This document shows, in pieces, positions 1 through 11,000 of a DNA stretch of 64,000 bases. The stretch lies in NCBI RefSeq assembly GCF_006345805.1, contig NC_043018.1, forward strand, positions 14,508,001 through 14,572,000. The letters are read 5' to 3'. This DNA is from Octopus sinensis (Eukaryota). The position numbers and the translations under genes were made by a program. Each line of letters starts with the position of its first letter. The stretch's first letter is position 1. The notes under the pieces are model-generated. The model was not told where the DNA came from, searched no databases, and saw only the letters and a program-made list of their open reading frames with translations.

Positions 1-115
1 AAACTGGTCCACTTTAAACTCTTTCTTTTTCAATTAAATTTCCATTTAATTTTCAGTTTCCGTTTGTACATTGCATGAATATTTATAATATATATATATA
101 TACATACATATATAT

Positions 116-146
<31 letters not shown>

Positions 147-150
147 AAAT

Positions 151-181
<31 letters not shown>

Positions 182-716
182 AAATACACACACACATATA
201 TATATATATATACATACACACACACATATATATACATATATATATACACATATATATATATATACATGTACATAATATACATGTACATAATACATATATA
301 TATACATGTACATAATATATATATATATACATGTATGACTGCGTGTGTACCGTTGGCGATTTTTTTTCCTCCGTCTTCCCTTCTCTGGATCTTTCCTTTT
401 CCTATGTTTCCAACGAAGAGCTCTGCTCGAAACGTAAAGCCCTCCTTCTTCCCTTCCTTCCTGAGCGTCCAATAATACTATATTTGTTCCACGTCCTCGC
501 GTTGTTGTGTTTTCTCTTTGTGTTTTCATGTATGGATTAACTTTATATATGTACATACATTTATATATATACATACATACATTTACATACATTTACATAT
601 ATATATACATAAATATATATATATACGTACATATATTTACATACATTTACATATATATATACATAAATATATATATATACGTACATATATATATATATAC
701 ATACATATATATATAT

Positions 717-1103
717 ATGGATGGAAGCACTCCGTCGCTTACGACGACGAGGGTTCCAGTTGATCCGATCAACGGAACAGCCTGCTCGTGAAATTAACGT
801 GCAAGTGGCTGAGCACTCCACAGACACGTGTACCCTTAACGTAGTTCTCAGGGATATTCAGCGTGACACAGAGAGTGACAAGGCCGGCCCTTTGAAATAC
901 AGGTACAACAGAAACAGGAAGTAAGAGTGAGAGAAAGTTGTGGTGAAAGAGTACAGCAGGGTTCACCACCATCCCTGCCGGAGCGTCATGGAGCTTTAGG
1001 TGTTTTCGCTCAATAAACACTCACAACGCCCGGTCTGGGAGTCGAAACCGCGATCCTACGACCGCAAGTCCGCTGCCCTAACCACTGGGCCATTGCGCCT
1101 CCT
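717..1103 (-). mobile_element. tRNA-derived SINE (family D)
   Basis: Minus strand starts GGAGGCGCAATGGCCCAGTGG (A box) ... GGTTTCGACTCCC (B box); the head is repeated at 51095-51284. Confidence 0.8.
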
Positions 1104-1108
1104 ATATA

Positions 1109-1139
<31 letters not shown>

Positions 1140-1260
1140 GCATACATATATACATACATGCATACACATATACATACATGCATACACATATACATACATA
1201 TATATATATATACATACATACATACATATATACGTACATACATATACATACACATACCGC

Positions 1261-2375
1261 CTTAATAACACTAGCTCCGTTCTCAGTATTTCGGTTGGAA
1301 AAACTCTCCTCTCAGACCATAACATGATACTCTGCAATTTTAATTCCCAACAAATCAAAACCAAACCAGCCAATCCCACTGCACTGCACTTATTTGGCAA
1401 CATAATATTCCATAAAGCAGACTGGGGAGCAATCGGAAAGGATCTGTCCTTCATCGACTGGTCTTTCACTCTCACTTCCATTCACATTGAGACCGCATGG
1501 CAGCACTTTGAGAACATTGTCACCTATACATGCTCAAAACACACTCCTACGAAATCCACTAACACAAACAGAAACCGGCTCCCTAAAAAGAAAAAAAACA
1601 CACTCATCAGGTGCATCAAAAGACTCAATAAAAAATCAACCAATTAAAATATTCCCACATACAACAGCCACATTCAACAACAATGAAAAGGCTGGAATTG
1701 GAAAAACTTCACCTGCAGACCGACATGAAAACCTCCACCGAAAATCAAAGAGCTGTGGAGGAACAGTGGGTTATCAAAAACATCAAACAAAACCCAAAAG
1801 TGTTCTATTCTTATGCAAATAAGCATCAAACCACTGTCTCATCCATTGGGCCATTGATTGATGATAACGGCATTCTCCAACACGATGCTAAAGAAATGGC
1901 AGAAATACTGCAGAAACAATACTGCTCTGTCTTTAGTGTTCCCACTGATACTGACGTAAGAGAAGCGTGCAAAGTTGATTCCTAACATAAAATCTCAGAC
2001 ATAACCTTCACTGCCTCTGACATCATAGCAGCAATAAATGAGGTCAAATACTATTCTACTGTAGGCCCTGGTAGATTCCCTGCTAGTCTCCTGAAGGAAT
2101 GCAGACACCAACTTGCAGTCCCTCTGACCAACCTCTGGAGAAATTCTTTAGACTCAGGTTATATACCGAAACAGTTTCTATCCCAGTCTGTCATCCTGGT
2201 TTTCAAACATGGAAACAGATCCCTCGCAGTCAACTATCGCCCAATCTCACTCATCTCCCACATCATTAAAGTGTTTGAAAGAGTGGTAAAATCAGGGATA
2301 GCTGGCTTCCTGGAGATCCACAAACTCCTAAATGCAAATTAGCATGGCTTTCACTGTGTCAGAGACTGTCTTTTC
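1261..2375 (+). mobile_element. Decayed CR1/L2-type LINE fragment (endonuclease end, linker, RT start)
   Basis: LSDHNMIL (APE motif), FHKADW, NPKVFYSYANK, NYRPISLISHIIKVFERVV; frameshifts and stops. Confidence 0.85.
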
Positions 2376-3689
2376 TTAGATGATTGGGTGTGATTTGAGG
2401 GAATATGGTTGTTATTTCTAGCAAGTAAACTACAATATTGAGACTCTTTGGTTTGTAAATCCAATACTACAATGAGGACCAGTGATTTGAGACGTGCACG
2501 TTTTGAAAAACAATTATTTTTGCTTTGTCATGTCATTAGACAAGTAAGAAGAGTGTTAGTTGTATTTTCTCAGATGGTTGGGTATGGTCGGAGGGAATGC
2601 GGTTAAATTCAAGCAAGTAAACTATGATATTGAGACTCCTTCCTTGGTTTGTAAAGTCAATGTTACAATGAGTGTGAGAGTGAGTTGAAGTAGGCATGTT
2701 TTGAAAGACAATTATTTTGCTTCGTCATGCCCCCCACCACCACCACCACCAACAGATAAGAAGTGTCAACTGCTTTTTTCAGAGAGGGTTGGGTATGGTT
2801 TGAGGGAACACAGTTCCACATCAAGGACTCAGCCTTGGTTTGCAAGGTTTGTTACAATGAGCATGAACTACATAAATTTTCAAAAAAATAAAATAAAATT
2901 TATTAGCTTTGTCGTTAGACAACAGTAACTGTAGAAACAAGATATGGGGCAGTTGAGTTTATGTACACTGTAGAAAATGCATGTGAGTGGATTTGCTTCT
3001 AATCCATTAGACGTGGAGTAAACAAATGCCAGTAACATTTTTTGGTTGACTTAAGGGCTTATACGGCCTCCTATTTAACACTTGACCTTCTGCGGCTAAT
3101 TTCAGATATAAAACCAGGGTGATAGAGATTATTATTAGAGTAGATACATTTTACGTATGTAGTCAAGAGCCTCTCACTTCTGAGTTCAAATCCCACTGTT
3201 GTCAACAGATTTTTGTTCCTTCAGAGTCAAATGAAGTGATTGATGTCTTTCCTTCACAAAATTTGACCTTTGCTCTGAACAAGAAACCTATTTTCCATTT
3301 CCAGTGGAAAGGTGAAGATATTTTGGAATTGTTTATTTATTAGCACTTCACTTATCCTCCTGGGGTCTGCCATCAGTGAACTGTCTTCTTAAAACAGTGG
3401 CCCTTGTAGTTAACCGAGGCAGATTCTTTTGCAAACTTGTAGAAGGCTTTAGAGTCCATTTTGATATTGTCCACTGCCCTGGTTTCTCTTTCTACCCTTT
3501 CTTTTTATGGGAAGAGTCTGAGTTTATTTTCAATCACTAAGAGTACTTCTTTGAGGAGGGATTCCTCACCATCATGTTACTTTTGATCCATACACTTCAT
3601 TTGATTTATACATTTCATTCGTTTCTTTTCTTTTTTTTTTTGCTTCCATATAAAATTTGGTCCATTGGTTTTGAAATTTATATTTTTAT

Positions 3690-4004
3690 GTCGGTGGCAC
3701 GTAAAAAGCACCATCCGAATCGTGGCCGAAGCCAGTGCCGCCTCGACTGGCTTCCGTGCAGGTGGCACGTAAAATGCACCAATCCGACCGTGGCCGATGC
3801 CAGCCTCGCCTGGCTCCAGTGCAGGTGGCACGTAAAAAGCACTCACTACACTCACGGAGTGGTTGGCGTTAGGAAGGGCATCAAGCTGTAGAAACATTGC
3901 CAGATAAGACCGGAGCCTGGTGCAGCCTTCTGGCTTCCCAGATCCCCGGTCGAACCGTCCAACCCATGCTAGCATGAAGAACGGACGTTAAACGATGATG
4001 ATGA
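3690..4004 (+). mobile_element. RTE-tailed short element (family B) with internal tandem units
   Basis: GGTGGCACGTAAAAAGCAC units, then GGAGTGGTTGGCGTTAGGAAGGGCATC ... ACGTTAAACGATGATGATG tail. There are 15 or more copies in the window. Confidence 0.8.
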
Positions 4005-4017
4005 TTGCCACAATATA

Positions 4018-4920
4018 TACAAAGGGGTACCCAAAAAAACCCGAAATTTTGCAACATTATTTCCTGTGTTTACACTTTTACCATCTTCAAAGTATTCTCC
4101 ATTTGAAGCAATGCATCAGTCTTGACACATTTCCCACTGTTTGAAGCAGTCCAGGAAGTCTTGCAAAGTGATGCTATTTGACACCTTCATCATTGTTTAT
4201 TTTTCTTCACTACTTACACATCTGTAAATTCTGTGAGGACCAACTTTCACCATCAGTGATGACCTTCAAGAAAGGGACCAGACCAACTTCCAACTGTTCT
4301 TTCAATTCACAACATGCATTTAGTTTTGACTGCTTTCGATCTTCTGTGAACAAGTGAGGCACAAATTTTGCTGCAACTCTTTCCATTGGCAATTCCTCAC
4401 TCAAAATTCGTTGGCAGGAGTTCCAGGACACACCAGTCATAACAAAAAAGTTTGTCAATTGTTCGGTGATGGCCCTCCAAAATCAGTCCATGAATTTTCA
4501 TGATGTTTCCATTTGTTCAGGAGGTCGACAGTCACCCTGAACAAGGCTGGTCCTCAAGCAACAAGTGACCGTTCCTCAAATGCGAAAACCTCTCATAGAC
4601 CTGTGTTTTGCTCATGGCAGCATCCTTGTCAGCTGTTTGAAGCATGACAACCGTTTTGGCTACCATTTCCCCCAGTAAAAAAAAGAATTTCACAGAAGCA
4701 TGCTGTCCCTTCAATTCAACTATTGCAAAATTCAACAAACAGGGGAGAGGCACTGCAAAACAAAGGGGCACCATGTGGAAGTACAACCAGACTTAATGCC
4801 AGTCAGCAGCAGACTGATGCCTGAGGATTGCATCAAGTGGCTTCTAGCAGCAGAAGGCTGGACTACAACAGGTTTGTCCCACAGAGAACATTTCCAGTTT
4901 ATTTTGGGTGCCATCTTGTA
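4018..4920 (-). mobile_element. Internally deleted mariner transposon
   Basis: TIRs TACAAAGGGGTACCCAAAA / TTTTGGGTGCCATCTTGTA in TA context; broken transposase SVKFFF..SKTQVYERFS, VAAKFVPHLFT, KVITDGESW. Confidence 0.85.
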
Positions 4921-4937
4921 TATATATATATATATAT

Positions 4938-5245
4938 AAAAAGCACCATCCAAAAATGGCCGTTGCCAGCGCCGCCTCGACTGGCTTCCATGCCGGTGGC
5001 ACGTTAAAAGCACCAACTGATCGTGGCCGATGCCAGACCCCCTAGCACCTCTGCAGGTGGCACGTAAAAAGCACCCACTACACTCTTGGAGTGGTTGGCG
5101 TTAGGAAGGGCATCCAGCTGTAGAAACACTGCCAGATCAGAATGGAGCCTGGTGCAGCCCCTGGCTTCCCAGACCCCGGTCGAACCGTCCAGCCCATGCT
5201 AGCACGGAAAATGGACGTTAAACAATGATGATGATGATGATGATA
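4938..5245 (+). mobile_element. Family B RTE-tailed element
   Basis: Same body and (GAT)n tail as 3690-4004. Confidence 0.8.
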
Positions 5246-5329
5246 TATATATATATATCAAATAAAATTAAAAACAGAACACAAAGGATATCGTGGTACA
5301 CGTGTTTCAAGCTTTATAAACAATCCGTT

Positions 5330-5605
5330 ATTATTGTATTATTGATATAAATCAGTCTATTATTGATATAAAAGATGGTTTAAAGCTCTCTTCAACCACA
5401 TATTGATAAAAATGGTAAGACAACAAAAGAATGAAAGAGACCTCGATATTATGTAAATAGAGGAATTTATCTGTAAATGTAATATGTGACAATTATTCGG
5501 TAGCCATGATGGCCGGATAACTGAAGAGATGGCGGTGTGGATTTCCACCTTGGCATCCGAAACTCCGGAGTTTTATCATGGCTACCGAATATTACATTTA
5601 CAGAT
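5330..5605 (+). mobile_element. Penelope-type terminal repeat with internal inversion and hammerhead core
   Basis: Homologous to the minus-strand copy at 26064-26210; inverted duplication 5469-5510 versus 5575-5605. Confidence 0.6.
5516..5577 (+). ncRNA. Type I hammerhead ribozyme motif
   Basis: Stem I GATAA/TTATC, CTGAAGA (5521-5527), stem II GATG/CATC, GAAA (5559-5562), palindromic stem III AAACTCCGGAGTTT, cleavage triplet GUU; one extra C before GAAA. Confidence 0.6.
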
Positions 5606-5707
5606 ATATCATCATCATCATCGTGTCACTCGAACTGTGAACTACTCAGTAAAAGAAGAAAGTTAATAATGCAAAGGCATATAAAAGTGAGGAAACTCAC
5701 TTTTATA

Positions 5708-6116
5708 GGCGCAGGAGTGGCTGTGTGGTAAGTAGCTTGTTTACCAACCACATGGTACTGGGTTCAGTTCCACTGCGTGGCACCTTGGGCAAAGTGTCTT
5801 CTACTGTAGCCTCGGGCCGACCAAAACCTTGTGAGTGGATTTGGTAGACAGAAACTGAGAGAAGCCCGTCGTATATATGTATATATATGTATATAAGTGT
5901 GTGCGTGTATGTTTGTGTTTGTCCCCCTAGCATTGCTTGACAACCGATGCTGGTGTGTTTACGTCCCCCGTCACTTAGCGGTTCGGCAAAAGAGACCGAT
6001 AGAATAAGTACTGGGCTTACAAAGAATGAGTCCCGGGTTCGATTTGCTCGATTAAAGGCAGTGCTCCAGCATGGCCGCAGTCAAATGACTGAAACAAGTA
6101 AAAGAGTAAAGAGTAA
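5708..6116 (+). mobile_element. tRNA-derived bipartite SINE (family A)
   Basis: Head GGCGCAGGAGTGGCTGTGTGG..GGTTCAGTTCC, central (TA)/(TG) microsatellite, tail GAAACAAGTAAAAGAGTAAAGAGT. Confidence 0.85.
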
Positions 6117-6486
6117 ACTGAATGTGATCCAGCAGTTCTTTAAAAGCCACATCCCTGATGAATTACTGGTGCACAACTGCAGTTGGGTTGCATTTATTTC
6201 TGCAATTATTTATAAAAGAATTCCTGTAATGATACGAGACTGGAAACTCAACAATTTGCAGCTGTTACCACAGAATGGAAACAAATGTAATTGGAATTAA
6301 AGCCTGTTGCATAAATTCTTACACACACTCACACATATACGTACATATACACACATATATATGCATATATATATGCATACATATATATGCATATATATAT
6401 GCATATATATATATATGCATACATATATATGCATACATATATATGCATACATATATATGCATATATATATGCATACATATATATGC

Positions 6487-6517
<31 letters not shown>

Positions 6518-6532
6518 TATTTACATGTATAT

Positions 6533-6920
6533 ACTCTTTACTCTCTTTACTTGTTTCAGTCATTTGACTGCGGCCATACTGGAGCACCGCCTTTAGTCGA
6601 GCAAATCGACCCCGGGACTTATTCTTTGTAAGCCCAGTACTTATTCTATCGGTCACTTTTTGCCGAACCGCTAAGTGACAGGGACGTAAACACAGCAGCA
6701 TCGGTTGTCAAGCAATGCTAGGGGGAGAAACACAGACACACAAACACACATATATATATACATATATATGACGGGCTTCTTTCAGTTTCCGTCTACCAAA
6801 TGCACTCACAAGGCATTGGTCGGCCCAGAAGACACTTGCCCAAGATGCCACGCAGTGGGACTGAACCCGGAACCATGTGGTTGGTTAGCAAGCTACTTAC
6901 CACACAGCCACTCTTGCGCC
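6533..6920 (-). mobile_element. Family A SINE
   Basis: Reverse-complement copy of 5708-6116. Confidence 0.85.
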
Positions 6921-7714
6921 TATATATATATATCATCATCATCATCATCATTTAATGTCCATTGTCCATGCTAGCATGGATCGCACGGTTTGATCAGAGC
7001 TGGCAAGCTGGAGAGCTGCACCATTATGAGTGACCGAAGCAGCATTAGTTCAAAATAGCAGTCTGTGCATCATATTCAATGCAGATACAATATTCAAAAC
7101 CTGATACGACTGCAATATTTGTTTCAAGATAACATGGCTTATAAACGTATGGTTTTAAAAGAAACTGAAATATATCATCTGCTACTTGACATGTTTTTGT
7201 TTGTGTGTGTGTATGTGTATTTTAACACTCAAAGTCTTAACAAAATACCATCTAGAGACGAATACTGTAACGTATCAGGCTTCGAATGATGTATCTGCTT
7301 GAAGTCCGATTCTATAGTGTATACACAAAAACTGATAAAATATAATTACGGTGAAGGGAAAGAAGAATGGAAGGAAAGAAGGAAGAACTATAAACAATAC
7401 GGTGTTTGTAGTCTGTTTAAAAAAAAAGAAAAGAAGAAAGGTGAAAAAAAAAAGAGGTCAAATCACCAAATTATAAATAAATCGGTGGTCTTTTGATTTA
7501 GCCAATAAACCATAGCAAAATGACAAGTTTCCAACAATATCAAATTCAAGGCGTGGTCAGTTATATAACCTGATATACCTGAAATCACAACTATTGAACA
7601 CAAAAACCGGGTTTTTTTTTTTAATTAGGAATTGCAAACACTCGAAACAAAAAGTTTACCTAATTGTAAAAATTTACCGATCGACTTTTTTTTTTCTTTT
7701 TTAGTGAACCCCAT

Positions 7715-7783
<69 letters not shown>

Positions 7784-7987
7784 AAAGTTTGATTTGAGAA
7801 CATAATCTTTTGTGGAGAATGGCGATTTGACATCTATATCTAGCATGTTGACTGTCCACTTTTCGTGTTCAGTCCTTAATTGGTATATATAAATATTTTA
7901 ATCTTCGGATCCTTTTTTAATATGCTAGACCACTGGTTTTAATTGATAAATATCAATTTCTACCCTTAATTAATTTTATATAAATTT

Positions 7988-8050
<63 letters not shown>

Positions 8051-8207
8051 GAGATGTACTTGCATAGCAGGTGATTTGATCTGAGATCGTAGTGCTGAAA
8101 CGAAAACAATTGCAGCGTGGAAGTTGACAAATTAAACTTAAATGTTGAAGTGAATCGAATCGGCTTTTGTGTGTTTCTTAAATGGCTTACAAGCACCTTC
8201 CACGCTG

Positions 8208-8261
<54 letters not shown>

Positions 8262-8323
8262 CGGATAGACTGATGCACAGACAGACAATGACAGGCAGAG
8301 AGACAGACAGACAGACAGACAGT

Positions 8324-8500
<177 letters not shown>

Positions 8501-9749
8501 TAAATACAGACAGAAAGACAAATACAGGCAGAGAGATGGAGAAATACACATACAGAACCAACAGAAAGATTGACAGAAAGACAGAGAGAGAGACAGACAG
8601 AGTTCCAGATAGAGGGAGACAGCAGACACAGAGACATATTTAAATGTCTTCTGATAAACAAGGGAGAAAAATATATTCTCGCAGACAACCTGGCACTAAC
8701 ACAATTTGCAACGACGAACTAGATGGACTTGGCCACAGAGCGGGGTAAGGTGTGCTCCACGGGGAAACGAAATAAGAAAGCCCTTACATCAAGATTGAAC
8801 TCACAACGAACAGTTTACTCAGCTAGTTAAACTTGAATATATACGTACACACGTGCGGTACGTGTGTGTAGATGTATACACACATTACTACACACACTAC
8901 GCTAGTGTGTGTGATAAACGGAGATGAACATGTGGACTAATTGGTGCGAATCTATGATTTTTTTAGGGTTGGGCTTACCTTTGATGCAATCTATTACAAA
9001 AATGGAGACACCCTCTAATAATCAACGCAATAACTTTATTTAATAAACAGTTTTATTTCCTTTTCTTTATAATTCTATTACCTAAGTACACCACGTTCAC
9101 AGTACTTACACATATATATATATATATATATATATTGTTTTATGCGATCACCTCACATGCATTAACAACCCAAGCTCCACGTACATGGAGACCCAAGTAC
9201 GTGAAACTTATCATCAGAAGCGTGGTTTATGTATGTGAGGGGATCGTCAAAAAACAGTATTTTTTACTCTCGCCACATGGAGTACACTTCTTTGTTGAGC
9301 CATATTACACAATCCTTATGAATTCACACATAAATAAATCAGGAGTATTTAGTACACTGATTACTAAAAATAATTAACGAGCTATTTAAAACAGAACCTC
9401 CAAACCACATCAGGGCAAGGCCAATTTTCAGGTATATATATATATATATATATGCATATCATCATCATTATCATCATCATTTAATGCCCGTTGGTAAAGA
9501 ATAAGAACATCACACTTTTTGCGTGTTTAGGTTAAGGGTTAGGGTTACGCCCAAAACGGGTGGTGTGCGTATTCTTTACCTCCGCCATATAGATATATAC
9601 ACACACACACACACAAAACATATATACCCTTTCCCTAGTGCAGGGTTACATAAACTGGTTATTATCTAACACTCCGTTGAACCCCTAATGCCAAACCGAT
9701 TGGTTACATCGGCCGTAATAGATATATATAATACTGTACACTTGGATTA

Positions 9750-9781
<32 letters not shown>

Positions 9782-10671
9782 ATGTGTGTGTGTGTGTGTG
9801 CATGAATTTGTTATTGCAAAATGGGAGTAAGATTCGAGATGTGAATTTGAGTTCAATGGATTTTGTTAAAGTGCTTTTCCATTTCGACTTTTTATTTGAC
9901 AAAGCCTAAGTTCTTTGATCAACGGCAACGCAAGCAATAATAACTATATAATAATAATGATAGAATCTTCACGTGGATCACCGTTACATAACAACCAAAG
10001 AGCTTATAATAATGATAAATAATATAATAATGATAAACACACAATTTGTGCGTATTGAGTACTGTGGAGGGGGGTTTTTCCCCCTCGTTCGAAAGCGTTT
10101 ACGTATCTGTGTGTGTGTGTGCATATGCACAAGCAAAGAAGATTCTTCAATCATGTTGAAATGCTAGAAAGAGCAACGAAATCTTCCTAAAATTAAACAT
10201 CCTACGATCATAAAATAAAGGCAAGAACATATTGAAGTATCGCAGTTCTTCTAGATTATTCTAAAACGAAATTAAAATCAAAAGGACGAGATGGTTCCAA
10301 TTCGATCAATAGGGTCAGCTAAATCAGGGCTGGCCTGGGACAGCAAACACAATCACACAACAAAAAATAAACAAGGGACATTCTCTTTACCTCTTCTTGT
10401 TGACTCTGTAATGGTTTTTTCTTAAGTCGATTCCAATTTAATATGTTGCCACTGTGCACGAACAACGATGAAGCGTTCGGAAAGACTGGACATGGATAGG
10501 CCATTTGCGATCAGTCGTCGGAGGGAAGGATTATAGACAGAAAGTATTATTATTGCTTCGATGGTGAGCTGTGGCCAGTGCTGTGTGGTGTGTAATTAGT
10601 GAGTCGGGACTGCTGCAATATAAAGGTCAGCGGAAGATTAGACGGAGGTAAACGGGACAGAGCAGAAGTAC

Positions 10672-11000
10672 GGAGAGGAAGGAAGAGGAAGGACGTGAAG
10701 GGAACAAAAAGAGAGAAGGAGGAAGATTGAGAGAGAGGAAGAATGTGTAGAGTTCAGACAGAGAGAGAGAGAGAGAGAGAGAACGTGTATGGTACAGATA
10801 GAGAGGAAGAGGAAGGACGTGAAGGGAACAAAAAGAGAGAAGGGGGAAGATTGAGAGAGAGGAAGAATGTGTAGAGTTCAGACAGAGAGAGAGAGAGAGA
10901 GAACGTGTATGGTACAGATAGAGGGGGAAGAAATATATAGAGTACAAAAAGAGGGGAGAAGAGTGTGTAGAGTAGAGAGAGAAGAGAGAGAGCGTGTATG
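10672..11000. repeat. Purine-rich (GA) region with an imperfect ~125-nt tandem duplication
   Basis: GAGGAAGGACGTGAAGGGAACAAAAAGAGAG...AACGTGTATGGTACAG occurs twice, plus a partial third copy. Confidence 0.8.

Noticed and set aside
30-716. Many ORFs rich in YI/VC/HT or LSIY repeats (here and at 1010-1255, 6275-6631, 8138-8688, 16301-16908, 24400-24658, 42880-43068, 48640-48926)
   Set aside because: They are translations of (TA)n, (CA)n, (TACA)n and (GATA)n microsatellites
5708-5790. tRNA genes at SINE heads
   Set aside because: A and B boxes are present, but there is no complete cloverleaf or acceptor stem and each is fused to a multicopy SINE body
8685-8744. Plus-strand mini-exon candidates (8685-8744 and 13087-13110) with GTAAGG donors
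   Set aside because: No phase-compatible chain or recognisable peptide was found, and such sites occur by chance. Not excluded without RNA data.
9527-9547. TTAGGG-like telomeric repeats
   Set aside because: Only 2-3 imperfect units, embedded in what looks like a dispersed repeat
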